NCBI GenBank assembly: GCA_964016885.1
Contig: OZ024755.1
Span: 32,488,001 to 32,552,000, forward strand
Source of the DNA: Eledone cirrhosa
Taxonomy: Eukaryota
DNA length: 64,000 nt
Direction of reading: 5' to 3'
In this document: one piece after another, positions 47,920 to 63,084 of the stretch
Layout of the letters: every line of letters begins with the position of its first letter
Position numbering within the stretch: position 1 is the stretch's first letter
Position numbers and translations under genes: made by a program
The notes under the pieces: generated by a model
What the model was told of the DNA's origin: nothing
Seen by the model: the letters and a program-made list of their open reading frames with translations, nothing else
Database searches by the model: none

Positions 47920-48482
47920 AGTAGGCACCTCTAACAAAATACACCCCCATCCCACTACCCCCAAACATCCACACCACCCCCTTAAATGTAAAGTTATGTT
48001 GGTACCACAACATCCAGTCCGAAACAAATGAGGTTGTGTAGGTGTCACGACAAAAAAACACACAGTCCATGCTGTAATGTGGCCGTGTAGGTAACACGGT
48101 AAAAACCTCCCAGTCCACACTATAAACGTGGTTGGTGTTGGGAAGGGCACCCAGCCGTAGAAAACCCGCCAGACGTGTAGGTGTCACGACAAAAAAACAC
48201 ACAGTCCACACCTCCCAGTCCACACTGTAAACGTGGTTGGTGTTGGGAAGGGCACCCAGCCGTAGAAGACCCGCCAGACGTGTAGGTGTCACGACAAAAA
48301 AACACACAGTCCACACCTCCCAGTCCACACTGTAAACGTGGTTGGTGTTAGGAAGGGCATCCAGCCGTAGAAAACCAGCCAGACAGTCCTATACGAGCAG
48401 GACAACCAATCTTGCCTCAAGTGGGAAAACTCCCGGCCAAACCCATGCAAGCGTGGAAGATGGACGTTAAACGATGATGATG

Positions 48483-48526
<44 letters not shown>

Positions 48527-49012
48527 GTATATATATATATAAATATATATATGTATATATATGTATATATATAGTAATAATAAATGTGAAGACTAAAATC
48601 CGAAGAGGGCTCAATAAGGAGTATATATGTATATAAATATATATAAAACAAAATACACCCCGTCCCACCACCCCCACCCCCACCCCATCCACACCACCCC
48701 GTTCTATGTAAAGTTGTGTTGGTGCCGCACCATCCAGGCCGAAACAAATGAGATCGTGTAGGTGTCACGACAAAAAAACACACAGTCCACGCTGTAATGT
48801 GGCCGTGTAGGCAACACGGTAAAAACCTCCCAGACCCACACTGTAAATGTGGTTGGTGTTAGGAAGGGCATCCAACTGTAGAAAACCTGCCAGACTGTCC
48901 TATGCGAGCAAGACAATCACTCTTGCCTCAAGTGGGACTACCCCCGTCCAAACCCATGCAAGCGTGGAACACGGACGTTAAACGTTGATGATGATGATGA
49001 TGATGATGATAA
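47920..49012 (+). mobile_element. Two RTE/SINE-type 3' tails (47920-48485 and 48645-49010) with internal module repeats, separated by (TA)n and an H3 terminal fragment (48570-48622, -)
   Basis: AGGAAGGGCATCC domains and (GAT)n tails; the fragment matches 17370-17423. Confidence 0.8.
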
Positions 49013-49189
49013 AACCCATAGAGTTTCAGAAGATCTGTTATTTTAATAAATAAATATATATATATATATATGTGCTAATGTGGTTTCATGTGGTACAGGA
49101 CCTTAAGAGGCAATGAAAGAGTAAATCGTTATAAAACCAGTGTCACCACCTCCATTTCTCTCACTCTCCCCATCTCTCATTATTATGAG

Positions 49190-49390
49190 TTGGATTGGCT
49201 GTATCGGTGGAGAGTCGGACGCCATGCTTTCCAGCATAGAGTTATGTCCCCCTACAGTCTGAGTTCAATTCCCGCCAAGGTTAACTTTGCCTTTCATCCT
49301 TACGGGGGGGGGGGGGGGCGATAAAATAGAGTACCAGTAATACACTGTGATAATTGCTGGCCTTGTGCCAAAGGTAAAAACAATTATTAT
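49190..49390 (+). mobile_element. Family C SINE (another copy at 49820-50012)
   Basis: Homology to the family C consensus. Confidence 0.88.
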
Positions 49391-49575
49391 GAGTAAATGG
49401 GGGCCCATATGCTGGCCACCCTGTGGCCGCAATGGACAGAATAGAAAAGGTGTTTCTCCAGAGGAGGGTGAGGGAAATGCGCTGGAAGAGCCATTCCAGT
49501 TCGCAAGGTTCACTCCTGAAGGTAGCCAACTCTGTGCCAATGGTGGTGAGTAGGGAGGTTGAAACGCTGTTATCA
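49391..49575 (-). pseudogene. CRE-clade-like non-LTR retrotransposon C-terminal fragment
   Basis: LLTTIGTELATFRSEPCELEWLFQRISLTLLWRNTFSIL resembles the FQRLSxxxQRGNAxxI end of CRE-type ORFs. Confidence 0.6.
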
Positions 49576-50014
49576 TAGATAAAAAAACTTACACACATAC
49601 TATTATAAATATACTGAATCATTAACATACACATAAATACACTTACGGCCACATAAACCTAAACAGACAAGCATTTCATTTGATTTGTATGTTAAATAAA
49701 AACCTGTTTAGAAGATGGTGCTTTTATTATCGGCTAAAAGTAGACAAATATTTGAGAAACTTGTTGAAGCTTTATGAAAAGGATTAAACAGTAAAAAGTC
49801 ATTATGTAAGTCATTATGTAAGGCAGTGGATTGGCAGTATCGGTAGAGGGTCGGACGCCATGCTTTGACATATAGAGTTACAGCCCTTGCCATTCTGAGT
49901 TCAAATCCCGCCGAGGTTAACTTTGCCTTTCATCCTTACGGGGTCGATAAAATAAAGTACCAGTAATGCACTGGGATAATTGCTGGCCTTGTGCCTAACG
50001 TAGAAACAATTATG

Positions 50015-50350
50015 TAATGGAGTTGTGAAAGGAGAGTAAGATTTGCTGGCCACTGCCATCGTGCCACCTCTGAGGCTGTGTCCCCCATTAGTGCTTTGGA
50101 AACCACACGCAGTCACTAATAACAGGGGTCACAAGCTCTCCTACCCCCGATGTCATCTACAGAGATTCTGGTATTGAAATCCAGGACTTGGCAACGGCAA
50201 TGAACGACAGACTCACGTGGAGATCAATTGTTGAGTTGATCTTGGCTGAGGCCACCAAAGAAGGCAAAGAAGGCTAAGAAGAAGAAGAAGAAGAAGAAGA
50301 AAAAGAAGAAGAAGAAAAAGAAGAAGAAGGCAAAGTAGAAGAAGAAGGCT
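50015..50350 (+). pseudogene. RTE-like LINE 3' end with a (GAA)n tail
   Basis: RVRFAGHCHR..LVLWKP..RGHKLSYP/DVIYRDSGIEIQDLATAMNDRLTWRSIV, then (GAA)n. Confidence 0.78.
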
Positions 50351-50637
50351 TCCTTCAACTGAATGAAGCATTAGCAGAAAGTACCTTATAGTCCCTCAAA
50401 TATAAATATATACTAGATATGATTTTTAAAAAGTCTTCTGACATTGGATCTGTTTTTTTTTTTTAAATTTTCAAAACTGGTCTATTTTAGAAAAGAAGCA
50501 AATTTTGAAGAAGACTCATTATATCTTCCAGTCCTGATCATCAATTCATTATAGTGTCAATGATATATATGAATGCTATTGATTCTTATAATTAACTATT
50601 CTGACATGAATATATTCTGTTTGGCTAGATTTAATGA

Positions 50638-50688
50638 GAATATATATATATGTGTGTGTATGTATGTGTGCGTGTGTGTGTGTATATA

Positions 50689-50753
<65 letters not shown>

Positions 50754-50817
50754 AAGAGGGTGTGTATGTGTGTGTATGAGTGTGTATATATATATTTGTG
50801 TGTGTGTACGTATTTGA

Positions 50818-50870
<53 letters not shown>

Positions 50871-51190
50871 TAAATAATGTGTGTGTGTGTATGTATATGT
50901 ATATATATTTATATGTGTATGTGAGTGTGTGTGTATATATATATATATATATGTGTATGTGAGTGCGTGTATATGTATATATATATATATGTGTGTGTCT
51001 GTGTATGTATTTGAGTATATATATATATATATATATATACTCAAATACATACACAGACACACATACACATATATATATATACACACACTCACATACACAT
51101 ATATATATATATACATATACATAAGTGTGTGTGTGTGTGTATTTATTTGAGTATACATGATATATGTGTGTGTGTGTATATATATATATA
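50638..51190. repeat. Compound (TA)n/(TG)n/(CA)n microsatellite with a local fold-back around 51030
   Basis: GTGTCTGTGTATGTATTTGAG-(TA)n-CTCAAATACATACACAGACAC. Confidence 0.93.
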
Positions 51191-52129
51191 TGTGTGTGTG
51201 TGTATGTGTAGTCATTAAATCTAGCCAAACAGAATATATTTATTACTTTCTTTCAATTAGCATCTTTCATATTTCTCTTAAGACTTTTTATGAAACCTTT
51301 CTCTACGGTTGTATTCTCATTATTCCTTCCTTTATGTTCTATCACATTATCAGCTACAATCCAAGATGACAACTTTCCACACAATATTCAACACACACAC
51401 ACACACACACTCGCTCCACACACAGCTTCATTGTGAGTAATATTTTCTGTTGTTAGGCAATGAAGTAAGACCAAGAAAACAAACACACTGTGTGTTTGTT
51501 TTGTCTTTAAAGAACAGAGGTTTAAGGAGATATAACCAAGCCTTGGCTTTAATTCTCTCCAGTGATTTTAATAAATGAAGCAAACTATTTAGTAACTAAA
51601 TGCTAGAGACAAGAAATGAAGGCTCACTATTTTGAAGAGGGGTTGAAATAGCAGAGAGAAATAAATGGCAATCAAGCCAGCAGGATGATTTGCTAACATG
51701 CTATCAAGACTAATCCCTTTCTGAGCTCAAAGGATTTGTTGCTCACAGGGACAGTAAATAAGGATAGGAAGGAGAACTCAACCAAAAGATATGTTTACGT
51801 TTGGAGGAGACAAATACAGAAATAATTGTGTTAATTTATAAAAGCAAAAACTGCATAGTTACATTAACAAATGTAAATTATATAGAAACAAATATATTGT
51901 AACAAACAAATCTCTTCTTAATTTTTTCCTACTAGCAGGGCAGGACATATTACCCATTTCAAAGCTTCAGAGACGGGTGGAAAGAAAGGAACTTGAAACT
52001 GAATACCTACACTCAATGCTTGTAACAAGGTGGACTCTGCTTAAACCACCCAAGTGACATGTGGTGCTGTTAAACTAGGCCATAATCTAAATTAGTATGT
52101 TGGCTTTTTATAAGCAGTCAATTCATCCT

Positions 52130-53870
52130 CTAAGGTGGTAGTACTTGTGCCACAATGACAAACACCCAGTTCACCCTGTAAGGTGGTAGTACTTGTGCCA
52201 CAATGACAAACACCTAGTTCACCCTGTAAGGTGGTAGTACTGATGTCATGATGACAAACACCCAGTTCACCCTGTAAGGTGGTAGTACTTGTGCCACAAT
52301 GACAAACACCCAGTTCACCCTGTAAGGTGGTAGTACTTGTGCCACAATGACAAACACCTAGTTCACCCTGTAAGGTGGTAGTACTTGTGTCACAATGACA
52401 AACACCCAGTTCACCCTGTAAGGTGGTAGTACTTGTGCCACAATGACAAACACCCAGTTCACCCTGTAAGGTGGTAGTACTTGTGCCACAATGACAAACA
52501 CCCAGTTCACCCTGTAAGGTGGTAGTACTTGTGCCACAATGACAAACACCCAGTTCACCTTGTAAGGTGGTAGTACTTGTGTCACAATGACAAACACCCA
52601 GTTCACCCTGTAAGGTGGTAGTACTTGTGTCACAATGACAAACACCCAGTTCACCCTGTAAGGTGGTAGTACTTGTGTCACAATGACAAACACCCAGTTC
52701 ACCCTGTAAGGTGGTAGTACTTGTGCCACAATGACAAACACCCAGTTCACCCTGTAAGGTGGTAGTACTTGTGCCACAATGACAAACACCCAGTTTACCC
52801 TGTAAGGTGGTAGTACTTGTGCCACAATGACAAACACCCAGTTCACCCTGTAAGGTGGTAGTACTTGTGCCACAATGACAAACACCCAGTTCACCCTGTA
52901 AGGTGGTAGTACTTGTGTCACAATGACAAACACCCAGTTCACCCTGTAAGGTGGTAGTACTTGTGCCACATTGTAAAACACCCAGTTCACCCTGTAAGGT
53001 GGTAGTACTTGTGTCACAATGACAAACACCCAGTTCACCCTGTAAGGTGGTAGTACTTGTGCCACAATGACAAACACCCAGTTCACCCTGTAAGGTGGTA
53101 GTACTTGTGCCACATTGTAAAACACCCAGTTCACCCTGTAAGGTGGTAGTACTTGTGTCACAATGACAAACACCCAGTTCACCCTGTAAGGTGGTAGTAC
53201 TTGTGCCACATTGTAAAACACCCAGTTCACCCTGTAAGGTGGTAGTACTTGTGCCACAATGACAAACACCCAGTTCACCCTGTAAGGTGGTAGTACTTGT
53301 GTCACAATGACAAACACCCAGTTCACCCTGTAAGGTGGTAGTACTTGTGCCACAATGACAAACACCCAGTTCACCCTGTAAGGTGGTAGTACTTGTGCCA
53401 CAATGACAAACACCCAGTTCACCTTGTAAGGTGGTAGTACTTGTGTCACAATGACAAACACCCAGTTCACCCTGTAAGGTGGTAGTACTTGTGCCACAAT
53501 GACAAACACCCAGTTCACCCTGTAAGGTGGTAGTACTTGTGCCACATTGTAAAACACCCAGTTCACCCTGTAAGGTGGTAGTACTTGTGCCACAATGACA
53601 AACACCCAGTTCACCCTGTAAGGTGGTAGTACTTGTGCCACAATGACAAACACCCAGTTCACCTTGTAAGGTGGTAGTACTGGTACCACATTGTAAAACA
53701 CCGAGTGCACCCTGAAAGGTGATAGTGCTGGTGTCATGTTGAAAAGCACACAGTTCACCCTGTAAGTTGGTAGTGACGGTGTCATTATGAAAAGCACATA
53801 CTTCCCCCTTTAAGCCCTGATAAAATGCTCCCAGTACATGCTGCAAAATGGTTGGTGTTAGAAAGGGCAT
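52130..53870 (+). repeat. 48-bp satellite (about 34 copies) derived from the RTE/SINE 3' module
   Basis: Unit CCCAGTTCACCCTGTAAGGTGGTAGTACTTGTGCCACAATGACAAACA; the array runs into GGTTGGTGTTAGAAAGGGCAT at about 53850. Confidence 0.95.
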
Positions 53871-53950
53871 AGAGTACCAGTAATACACTGGTGTAATTGC
53901 TGGCCTTGTGCCAAAAGTAGAAGCAATTATTATTATTACTAACCCATCTT

Positions 53951-54170
53951 GAGGGCGGTGGATTGGCAGAATCAGTAGAGCATAAGACACTATGCTTTGC
54001 AGCATAGAGTTATGGTGCTTTATGTTCTGTGTTCAAATCCCGCCGAGCTTAGCTTTACCTTTCATCCTCACGGGGTCGATAAAATAAAGCACCAGTAATG
54101 TACTGGGGTCGATTTAATCGACTTTCCCCTCCCCCAAAATTGCTGGCCTTGTGCCTAAAGTAGAAAGAAT
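53951..54170 (+). mobile_element. Family C SINE with a TSD of about 17 bp
   Basis: TATTACTAACCCATCTT on both sides. Confidence 0.9.
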
Positions 54171-54489
54171 TATTACTAACCCATCTTAAATGTCCCTTCA
54201 GCTAAGAATATTTTTCTTTTTTCTTCAAGTTTCGAATTAGCTTTATCTCCACTTGATTTGTATTATAAAACAATGAAATCCTTATAATTCTGCTAGCATA
54301 TAAACCATGTTATTATGCCAGATCATAGATCCTTTAAGACTTTAGTCAAAAGATGCCCAAAAGATAACTTGCTTGAAATACATTTAATGTTTACATTGAT
54401 AATCTTGCTTTTAGTGAAGTCAGTTGAACCAAAATGTGGGCAACAGGCATATAATTTGAAAGATTAGAATTTTAAAAGCATTATTTAAG

Positions 54490-55058
54490 GTGTTGGAGTG
54501 TCAGAGGATGTGCACTGCAGCATAGAGTTATGGCCCTTTACTGCCATGTAAGGCGGTGGATTGGCAGTATCGGTAGAGCATCAGACACCATGCTTTGCAG
54601 CATAGAGTTATGGCCCTTTACTGCCATGTAAGGCGGTGGTTTGTCAGTATCGGTAGAGTGTCAGACACCATGCTTTGCAGCATAGAGTTATGGCCCTTTA
54701 CTGCCATGTAAGGTGGTGGTTTGTCAGTATCGGTAGAGTGTCAGACACCATGCTTTGCAGCATAGAGTTATGGCCCTTTACTGCCATGTAAAGCGGTGGT
54801 TTGGCAGTATCGGTAGAGCATCAGACACCATGCTTTGCAGCATAGAGTTATGGCCCTTTACTGCCATGTAAGGTGGTGGTTTGTCAGTATCGGTAGAGTG
54901 TCAGACACCATGTTTTGCAGCATAGAGTTATGCTCCTTTAGGTTCTGAGTTCAAGTCCCGCTAAGGTTAACTTTGCCTTTTGTCCTTACGGAGTTGATTA
55001 AATAAAGTACCAGTAATACACTGGGGTAATGCTGGCCTTGTGCCAAAAGTAGAAACAG
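54490..55058 (+). mobile_element. Family C SINE with an 80-bp head repeated about 5.5 times
   Basis: CTGCCATGTA at 54541, 54621, 54701, 54781 and 54861; a single B-box and body at the end. Confidence 0.9.
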
Positions 55059-55092
55059 TTACTTGGTATGGCACAGAATGGTAGTTGATTAA

Positions 55093-55168
55093 CCCTTTAG
55101 CATTTAAACCAGCCAGATCTGCCCAGAATTTTCTAACCTCATTCTGCTCAAACTGGTTGCAACTAGCC
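55093..55168 (-). mobile_element. MITE P end cut off by the (TA)n block
   Basis: TTAA-CCCTTTAGCATTTAAACC. Confidence 0.8.
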
Positions 55169-56980
<1,812 letters not shown>

Positions 56981-57079
56981 AACGCAAAAAGAATGACTGA
57001 GTAATGATAAAATTTACATAGCAAATGGAAGTTCGGTGCAAGTCTGAATGATCAGGTGATCAGGAAAGAAGACATAATA

Positions 57080-57480
57080 GCATTAGTTAGGAGGACAGAA
57101 GGACTTTACAGTGATGATGGCTTCATTTCTGTCAGTTAATATGTTATTAACATGTCTAGAAGAATAAGGTGTTGGATGTGTTGGATAGATGAGTAAAAAG
57201 TTCAAGCTAGGTTCATTGAATTCTAACAGACATGTCTCTAGTGTATGTGCGGAATAAAGACCTTGGTGTACACACACACAACACTCTTCACACTTCACAC
57301 TAGAAAGTTGTTTGAGATGAGAAACACACACAGGGTTGATCCTTTCTCAAATGTAGTTGTGGCAATGCTAGGTCTGTCGCTTTTTAAGCTGGGATATCTC
57401 TAGAGAATAGCTGTGCAGGTGGGAGATTCCTGTTTTAAAACAGAGTAGAGTCCTTTTACATAGAACAGTTGGCAACTAAT
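57080..57480 (-). pseudogene. Decayed Penelope-like GIY-YIG endonuclease C-terminal region
   Basis: Minus strand SCQLFYV resembles CxxxYVGxT, and AHTLETCLLEFNEPSLN resembles ExxxIxxxxPxLN. It lies between (TA)n tracts. Confidence 0.5.
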
Positions 57481-57810
57481 CAATCATAGAAATGAGAATC
57501 TAAAGCCACTGAGTTGATACAACAGACAACTTGGCTTGTCTCTAGACACTATTCTAGTTTTATACACATGCAACCGTATGTAAACACACATCTGAACAGG
57601 CAAATACATATATATATATATATATATGCGCGTGTGTGTGTCTTTATGTGTGTATATATGTTTAAATATATGTGTGTCTATGTTTGTTTATATATATGCA
57701 TGTATATGTGTATATATATATATATATGTGTGTGTGCGTGTATATATGTTTAAATATATGTTTATATATATGTGTGTCTATGTTTGTTTATATATATGCA
57801 TGTATATGTG

Positions 57811-57861
<51 letters not shown>

Positions 57862-57888
57862 ACTTATGTATATTTATATATATGTTTA

Positions 57889-57927
<39 letters not shown>

Positions 57928-57992
57928 TCAGCAACAGCAACTTTCCATTCATCACGGTCCTTCGTCATCTCCCTTGTAAGCTTCAGTGATCT

Positions 57993-58042
<50 letters not shown>

Positions 58043-58209
58043 GTATTAGTTATACTATTTATGGTTATGTAAACGCAAAACCTTAAGCAGTTGTAAGTAT
58101 TTTACACACACCCTAAATAGTGGTTGGCAGTAATGTATTACTACCTTATTACCAGTAAGTTAAGTAGCTCAATGTAAAAACATCAGATGATTTACAGAGC
58201 AGTTATATG

Positions 58210-58703
<494 letters not shown>

Positions 58704-59724
58704 ATATATATATATATATACATATAGTGAATTGGTGTGTATTGTTTAGTTAATATTAGTTTACCAATCCGAGCACTCAGTGCTAATATGGGTCCAGTTG
58801 CCAATATGATATTCTACGTTTGGGATTTCACCATAGTGGGTATCCTTAAGAACAATGTAATAATAATAATATATATATATATATATATACCATATATATA
58901 TATATATATATATACTGTAAATGTGGTTGGTGTTAGGAAGGGTATCCAACTGTAGAAAACCTGCCAGACAGTCCTATGCGAGCAAGACAATCACTCTTGC
59001 CTCAAGTGGGACTACCCCCGTCCAAACCCATGCAAGCGTGGAACACGGACGTTAAACGTTGATGATGATGATGATGATGATATATATATATACACACATA
59101 CATTTAAATATACATATATATATATATATATATATAGCATGTTTATGAGTTCTATTCAACTGTGTTTTCTATAGCCGTAGGCTGACTAATGCTTTGTGAA
59201 TGAAATAGTTCAAAAATCATGGTCTGTGTGTGTATGTGTGAGTATGTATGTGTGTGTGTGTGTGTGTTCGTTTGTTTGTCTCTGTGTCTTGGCTTTACAT
59301 TTCATAGGGGTAGTGCAGTCAGTGATGTTTACTTATGTTCTGCATAAACAGAAGTCCTGTATTTCAGCAGGTAGACGTGCATGGTTCTGGACCATATTTA
59401 AAAGAACAGAGAGCACTGCAATCAGCAGCATGTAAAAAAAAAAACAAAAAAAAAACACCTAAACATGATGACGATGATAATGATGATGAAGATGGCGATG
59501 GTATTAGAGCCCCCCCCCCCCCCCCCACATCACACACTGCCAAATATATAACGAACATTAGTAAACAAATAATAATAAAAAGATATCTTTATTACTATTT
59601 GCTTTCTAACTCCTAATATAATTCCTTTGACACACCATAACTCTTTACTATGTATACAAAAAAAAGAAGAAAAACAACAACAACAAAAAAACAACAGATA
59701 ATATACAAAAAAAGACACAAACAT

Positions 59725-59828
59725 TTATATATATATATATATGGTGTTTATATATAAATATAAATGGTGTTTATATATATATATGGTGTTTATATATATA
59801 AATGGTGTTTATATATATAAATGGTGTT

Positions 59829-59897
<69 letters not shown>

Positions 59898-60036
59898 GGT
59901 GTATATATATATATATATATAAATGGTGTATATATATATATATATATAAATGGTATATATATATATATATATAAATGGTATATATATATATATATATATG
60001 GTATTTATATATATATATATAAATATATATATATGG

Positions 60037-60079
<43 letters not shown>

Positions 60080-60224
60080 TATTTATATATATATATATGG
60101 TGTTTGTATATATTTATTAATTGGGTTTATATATATTTATTAATTGGGTTTATATATATATATATGGTGTTTATATATATATATAAATATAAATGGTGTT
60201 TATATATATGTATATATAAATGGT

Positions 60225-60268
<44 letters not shown>

Positions 60269-60332
60269 CGTTTATATATATATAAATGGTGTTTATATAT
60301 ATATATATAGCGTTTATATATATATAAATGGT

Positions 60333-60382
<50 letters not shown>

Positions 60383-60404
60383 CGTTTATATATATATAAA
60401 TGGT

Positions 60405-60458
<54 letters not shown>

Positions 60459-60467
60459 TGTTTATAT
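59725..60467. repeat. (TA)n array punctuated by AAATGGTGTTT-type spacers
   Basis: Direct reading. Confidence 0.95.
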
Positions 60468-60772
60468 ACACTAGTGTTTCCTAAATTCCCATATACAGAA
60501 CTGAATCAACTTTCATGCAAACAGAGCCTTTATGCAATTATGTTTATTCATATATGTATGAGTGGATACAAATAAATATGTTGATATATAGAAACACACG
60601 CACAGATACATAATAATAATAATAATAATAATAATAATAGTAATAATAATAATAGTAATAATAAAAATATAGAAAATCAGTCATTCATTCATACTCATAT
60701 GAAAAGATTTGATCAGATAACTGAACTATCAACAGATGCTTTAATTTCTTGTAACGTAGCCCCCCCCCCCCC

Positions 60773-60977
60773 CACACACCACCACCAGCGCCACTCCACT
60801 CCACCACATACACCACCACCACCAGCGCCATTCCACTCCACCACATACACCACCACCACCACCAGCGCCATTCCACTCCACCACACACACCACCACCAGC
60901 GCCATTCCACCACACACCACCACCACCACCACCAGCGCCATTTCGCCACACATCACCACCACCACCACTCCACCACA
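60773..60977. repeat. C-rich minisatellite (CACCACCAGCGCCATTCCAC, 5 copies)
   Basis: Direct reading. Confidence 0.9.
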
Positions 60978-61374
60978 AATACTCGTATCTCTTCTTAGAT
61001 GCTCTACTACCTGGTAAATAGGGCAAACAGTGTTTATTGTATTGGCTAGAGCATGCTGTATAATATGACATGATAGATGCAGGCATGGCTGTGTGGTTAA
61101 GTAGTTTGTTTTGGGAATCATGAGATTTCTGGTTCAATTCCATTGTGTGGAGCTTTGGACTTCTATGATATTTGTTTGATCATCTATTATCTGGGCTGAC
61201 CAATGCCTTCTGAATGAATTTGGTAGGCAGAAACTGTAAGAAAGCCTGTCATATTTCTTTTCTCTTTCTTTTTTCCCTCTTCCAACGGTTTAATTAAATA
61301 TACTGTTATTTAAACCTTTCCGACACTAATTTGCATACTATAAATCTAATATCTCCTCTATCCAGGAGACCCCA

Positions 61375-61550
61375 ACCACTGTAAAGTGGTTGTGGAGGTG
61401 CCATGGCAAAAAAGCACCCAGCACTCACTCTAAATGAGGTTGGTGTTAGGAAGGGCATCCAGCTGTAGAAATCAAGCCAGAATCAGTTCCTGTCCCACCC
61501 TTGCAGGGAGAAGCGGACGTAAAATGATGATGATGATGATGATGATGATC
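61375..61550 (+). mobile_element. 5'-truncated SINE B tail
   Basis: Homology to SINE B; (GAT)n then (TA)n. Confidence 0.85.
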
Positions 61551-61707
61551 ATATATATATATATATATATATATCAACTATAAATTTATAACAGCTCTGA
61601 AAGACCCTCATTGCATTGAGCTAAAAAACATCCAGTAAATGAGTAGGCTTACTCTCATTAATATTATTATCATATTATAATATTATCATTATTATTATTA
61701 TTGGAGT

Positions 61708-63047
61708 AAGGGCGGTGGATTGGCACTATTGGTAGAGGGGCGGACTCCATGCTTTGACGCAAAGAGTTACGGCCCTTTCCCTTCTGCCTTTCATCCTTAC
61801 GGGGTCGATAAAATAAAGTACCAGTAATGCACTGGGATAATTGCTGGCCTTGTGCCAAAAGTTTGTTATGTATAAAACAATATTATTTCCATATCATATG
61901 TATTTACATATAAATGTACGACTAAATTTGGTGTAAAACCTGCTAAATTGATTGAATAGCAGGACATCACTTTCTTGTAGAAAAAAATATATAATTGTTT
62001 CTACTTTTGGCACAAGGCCAGCAATTACCCCAGTGTATTACTGGTACTTTATTTTTATCGACTCCGTAAGCATGAAAGGCAAAGTTAACCTTGGCGGGAT
62101 TTGAACTCAGAATGGCAAGGGCCGTAACTCTTTGCGTCAAAGCATGGCATCCGAGCCTCTACCGATACTGCCAATCCACCGCCCTTGTAGAAAAAAATAT
62201 ATAATGACAGCATTAATCGGTAGAGGGTCGGACGCCATGCTTTGACGCATAGAGTTACGGCCCTTGCCATTCTGAGTTCAAATCCCGCCGAGGTTAACTT
62301 TGCCTTTCATCCTTACGGGGTCGATAAAATAAAGTACCAGTAATGCACTGGGTAATTTGCTGGCCTTGTGCCTAAAGTAGAAACAATTATTGGCGTCTCA
62401 GTCATTGATGTTATTTAACTGGAAAGTTTGTTCAAATGAACATCAAGTCGCTACCTGCAGCCTCAGATATTCAGGACGTATCGGAGGGTTCTTGCTGTTA
62501 CCAGCAAACATGGCTTTTGAAGTGTTCCAAAAAAAGGGAGCTGGACTAATGTTCTTTAACCATCCTTGAAAACTCTCTGAGATAGTACCTAGTGTTACTA
62601 TGACAATTATTATTATTATTATTACTGCGGTGAATTGGCAGTATCGGTAGAGGGTCGGACGGCATGCTTTGACGCATAGAGTTACGGCCCTTGCCATTCT
62701 GAGTTCAAATCCCGCCACGGTTAACTTTGCCTTTCATCCTTACAGGGTCGATAAAATAAAGTACCAGTAATACACTGGGTAATTTGCTGGCCTTGTGCCA
62801 AAAGTAGAAACAATTATTATTACTGCGGTGAATTGGCAGTATCGGTAGAGGGTCGGACGTCATGCTTTGTAGCATAGAGTTACGCCCCTTTACGGTCCGA
62901 GTTCAAATCCCGTCGAGGTTAACTTTGCCTTTCATCCTTACAGGGTGCGATAAAATAAAGTACGAGTCACGCACTGGGGTTGATTTAATCGACTTTCCCC
63001 TCCCACCCAAATTGCTGGCCTTGTGCCTATGTAAGAAACATTTATTA
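61708..63047. mobile_element. Cluster of five family C SINEs (61708-61862 +, 61997-62183 -, 62216-62391 +, 62627-62822 +, 62826-63047 +)
   Basis: Mutual homology; the minus-strand copy has the 22-bp TSD CTTGTAGAAAAAAATATATAAT. Confidence 0.9.
62392..62606 (-). pseudogene. R4/Dong-like non-LTR retrotransposon 3' end inserted in (TAA)n
   Basis: IVIVTLGTISESFQGWLKNI/GTLQKPCLLVTARTLRYVLNI* resembles the PIVIGALG..IQKxxLLGTARILRxVL end of R4/Dong ORFs. Confidence 0.72.
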
Positions 63048-63084
63048 TATGAATGCGTAAGCGAGAGAGAGACTGAACATAAGA

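Noticed and set aside
866-53870. CRISPR-like appearance of the regular arrays
   Set aside because: Units are contiguous with no unique spacers, there are no cas genes, and the context is eukaryotic.
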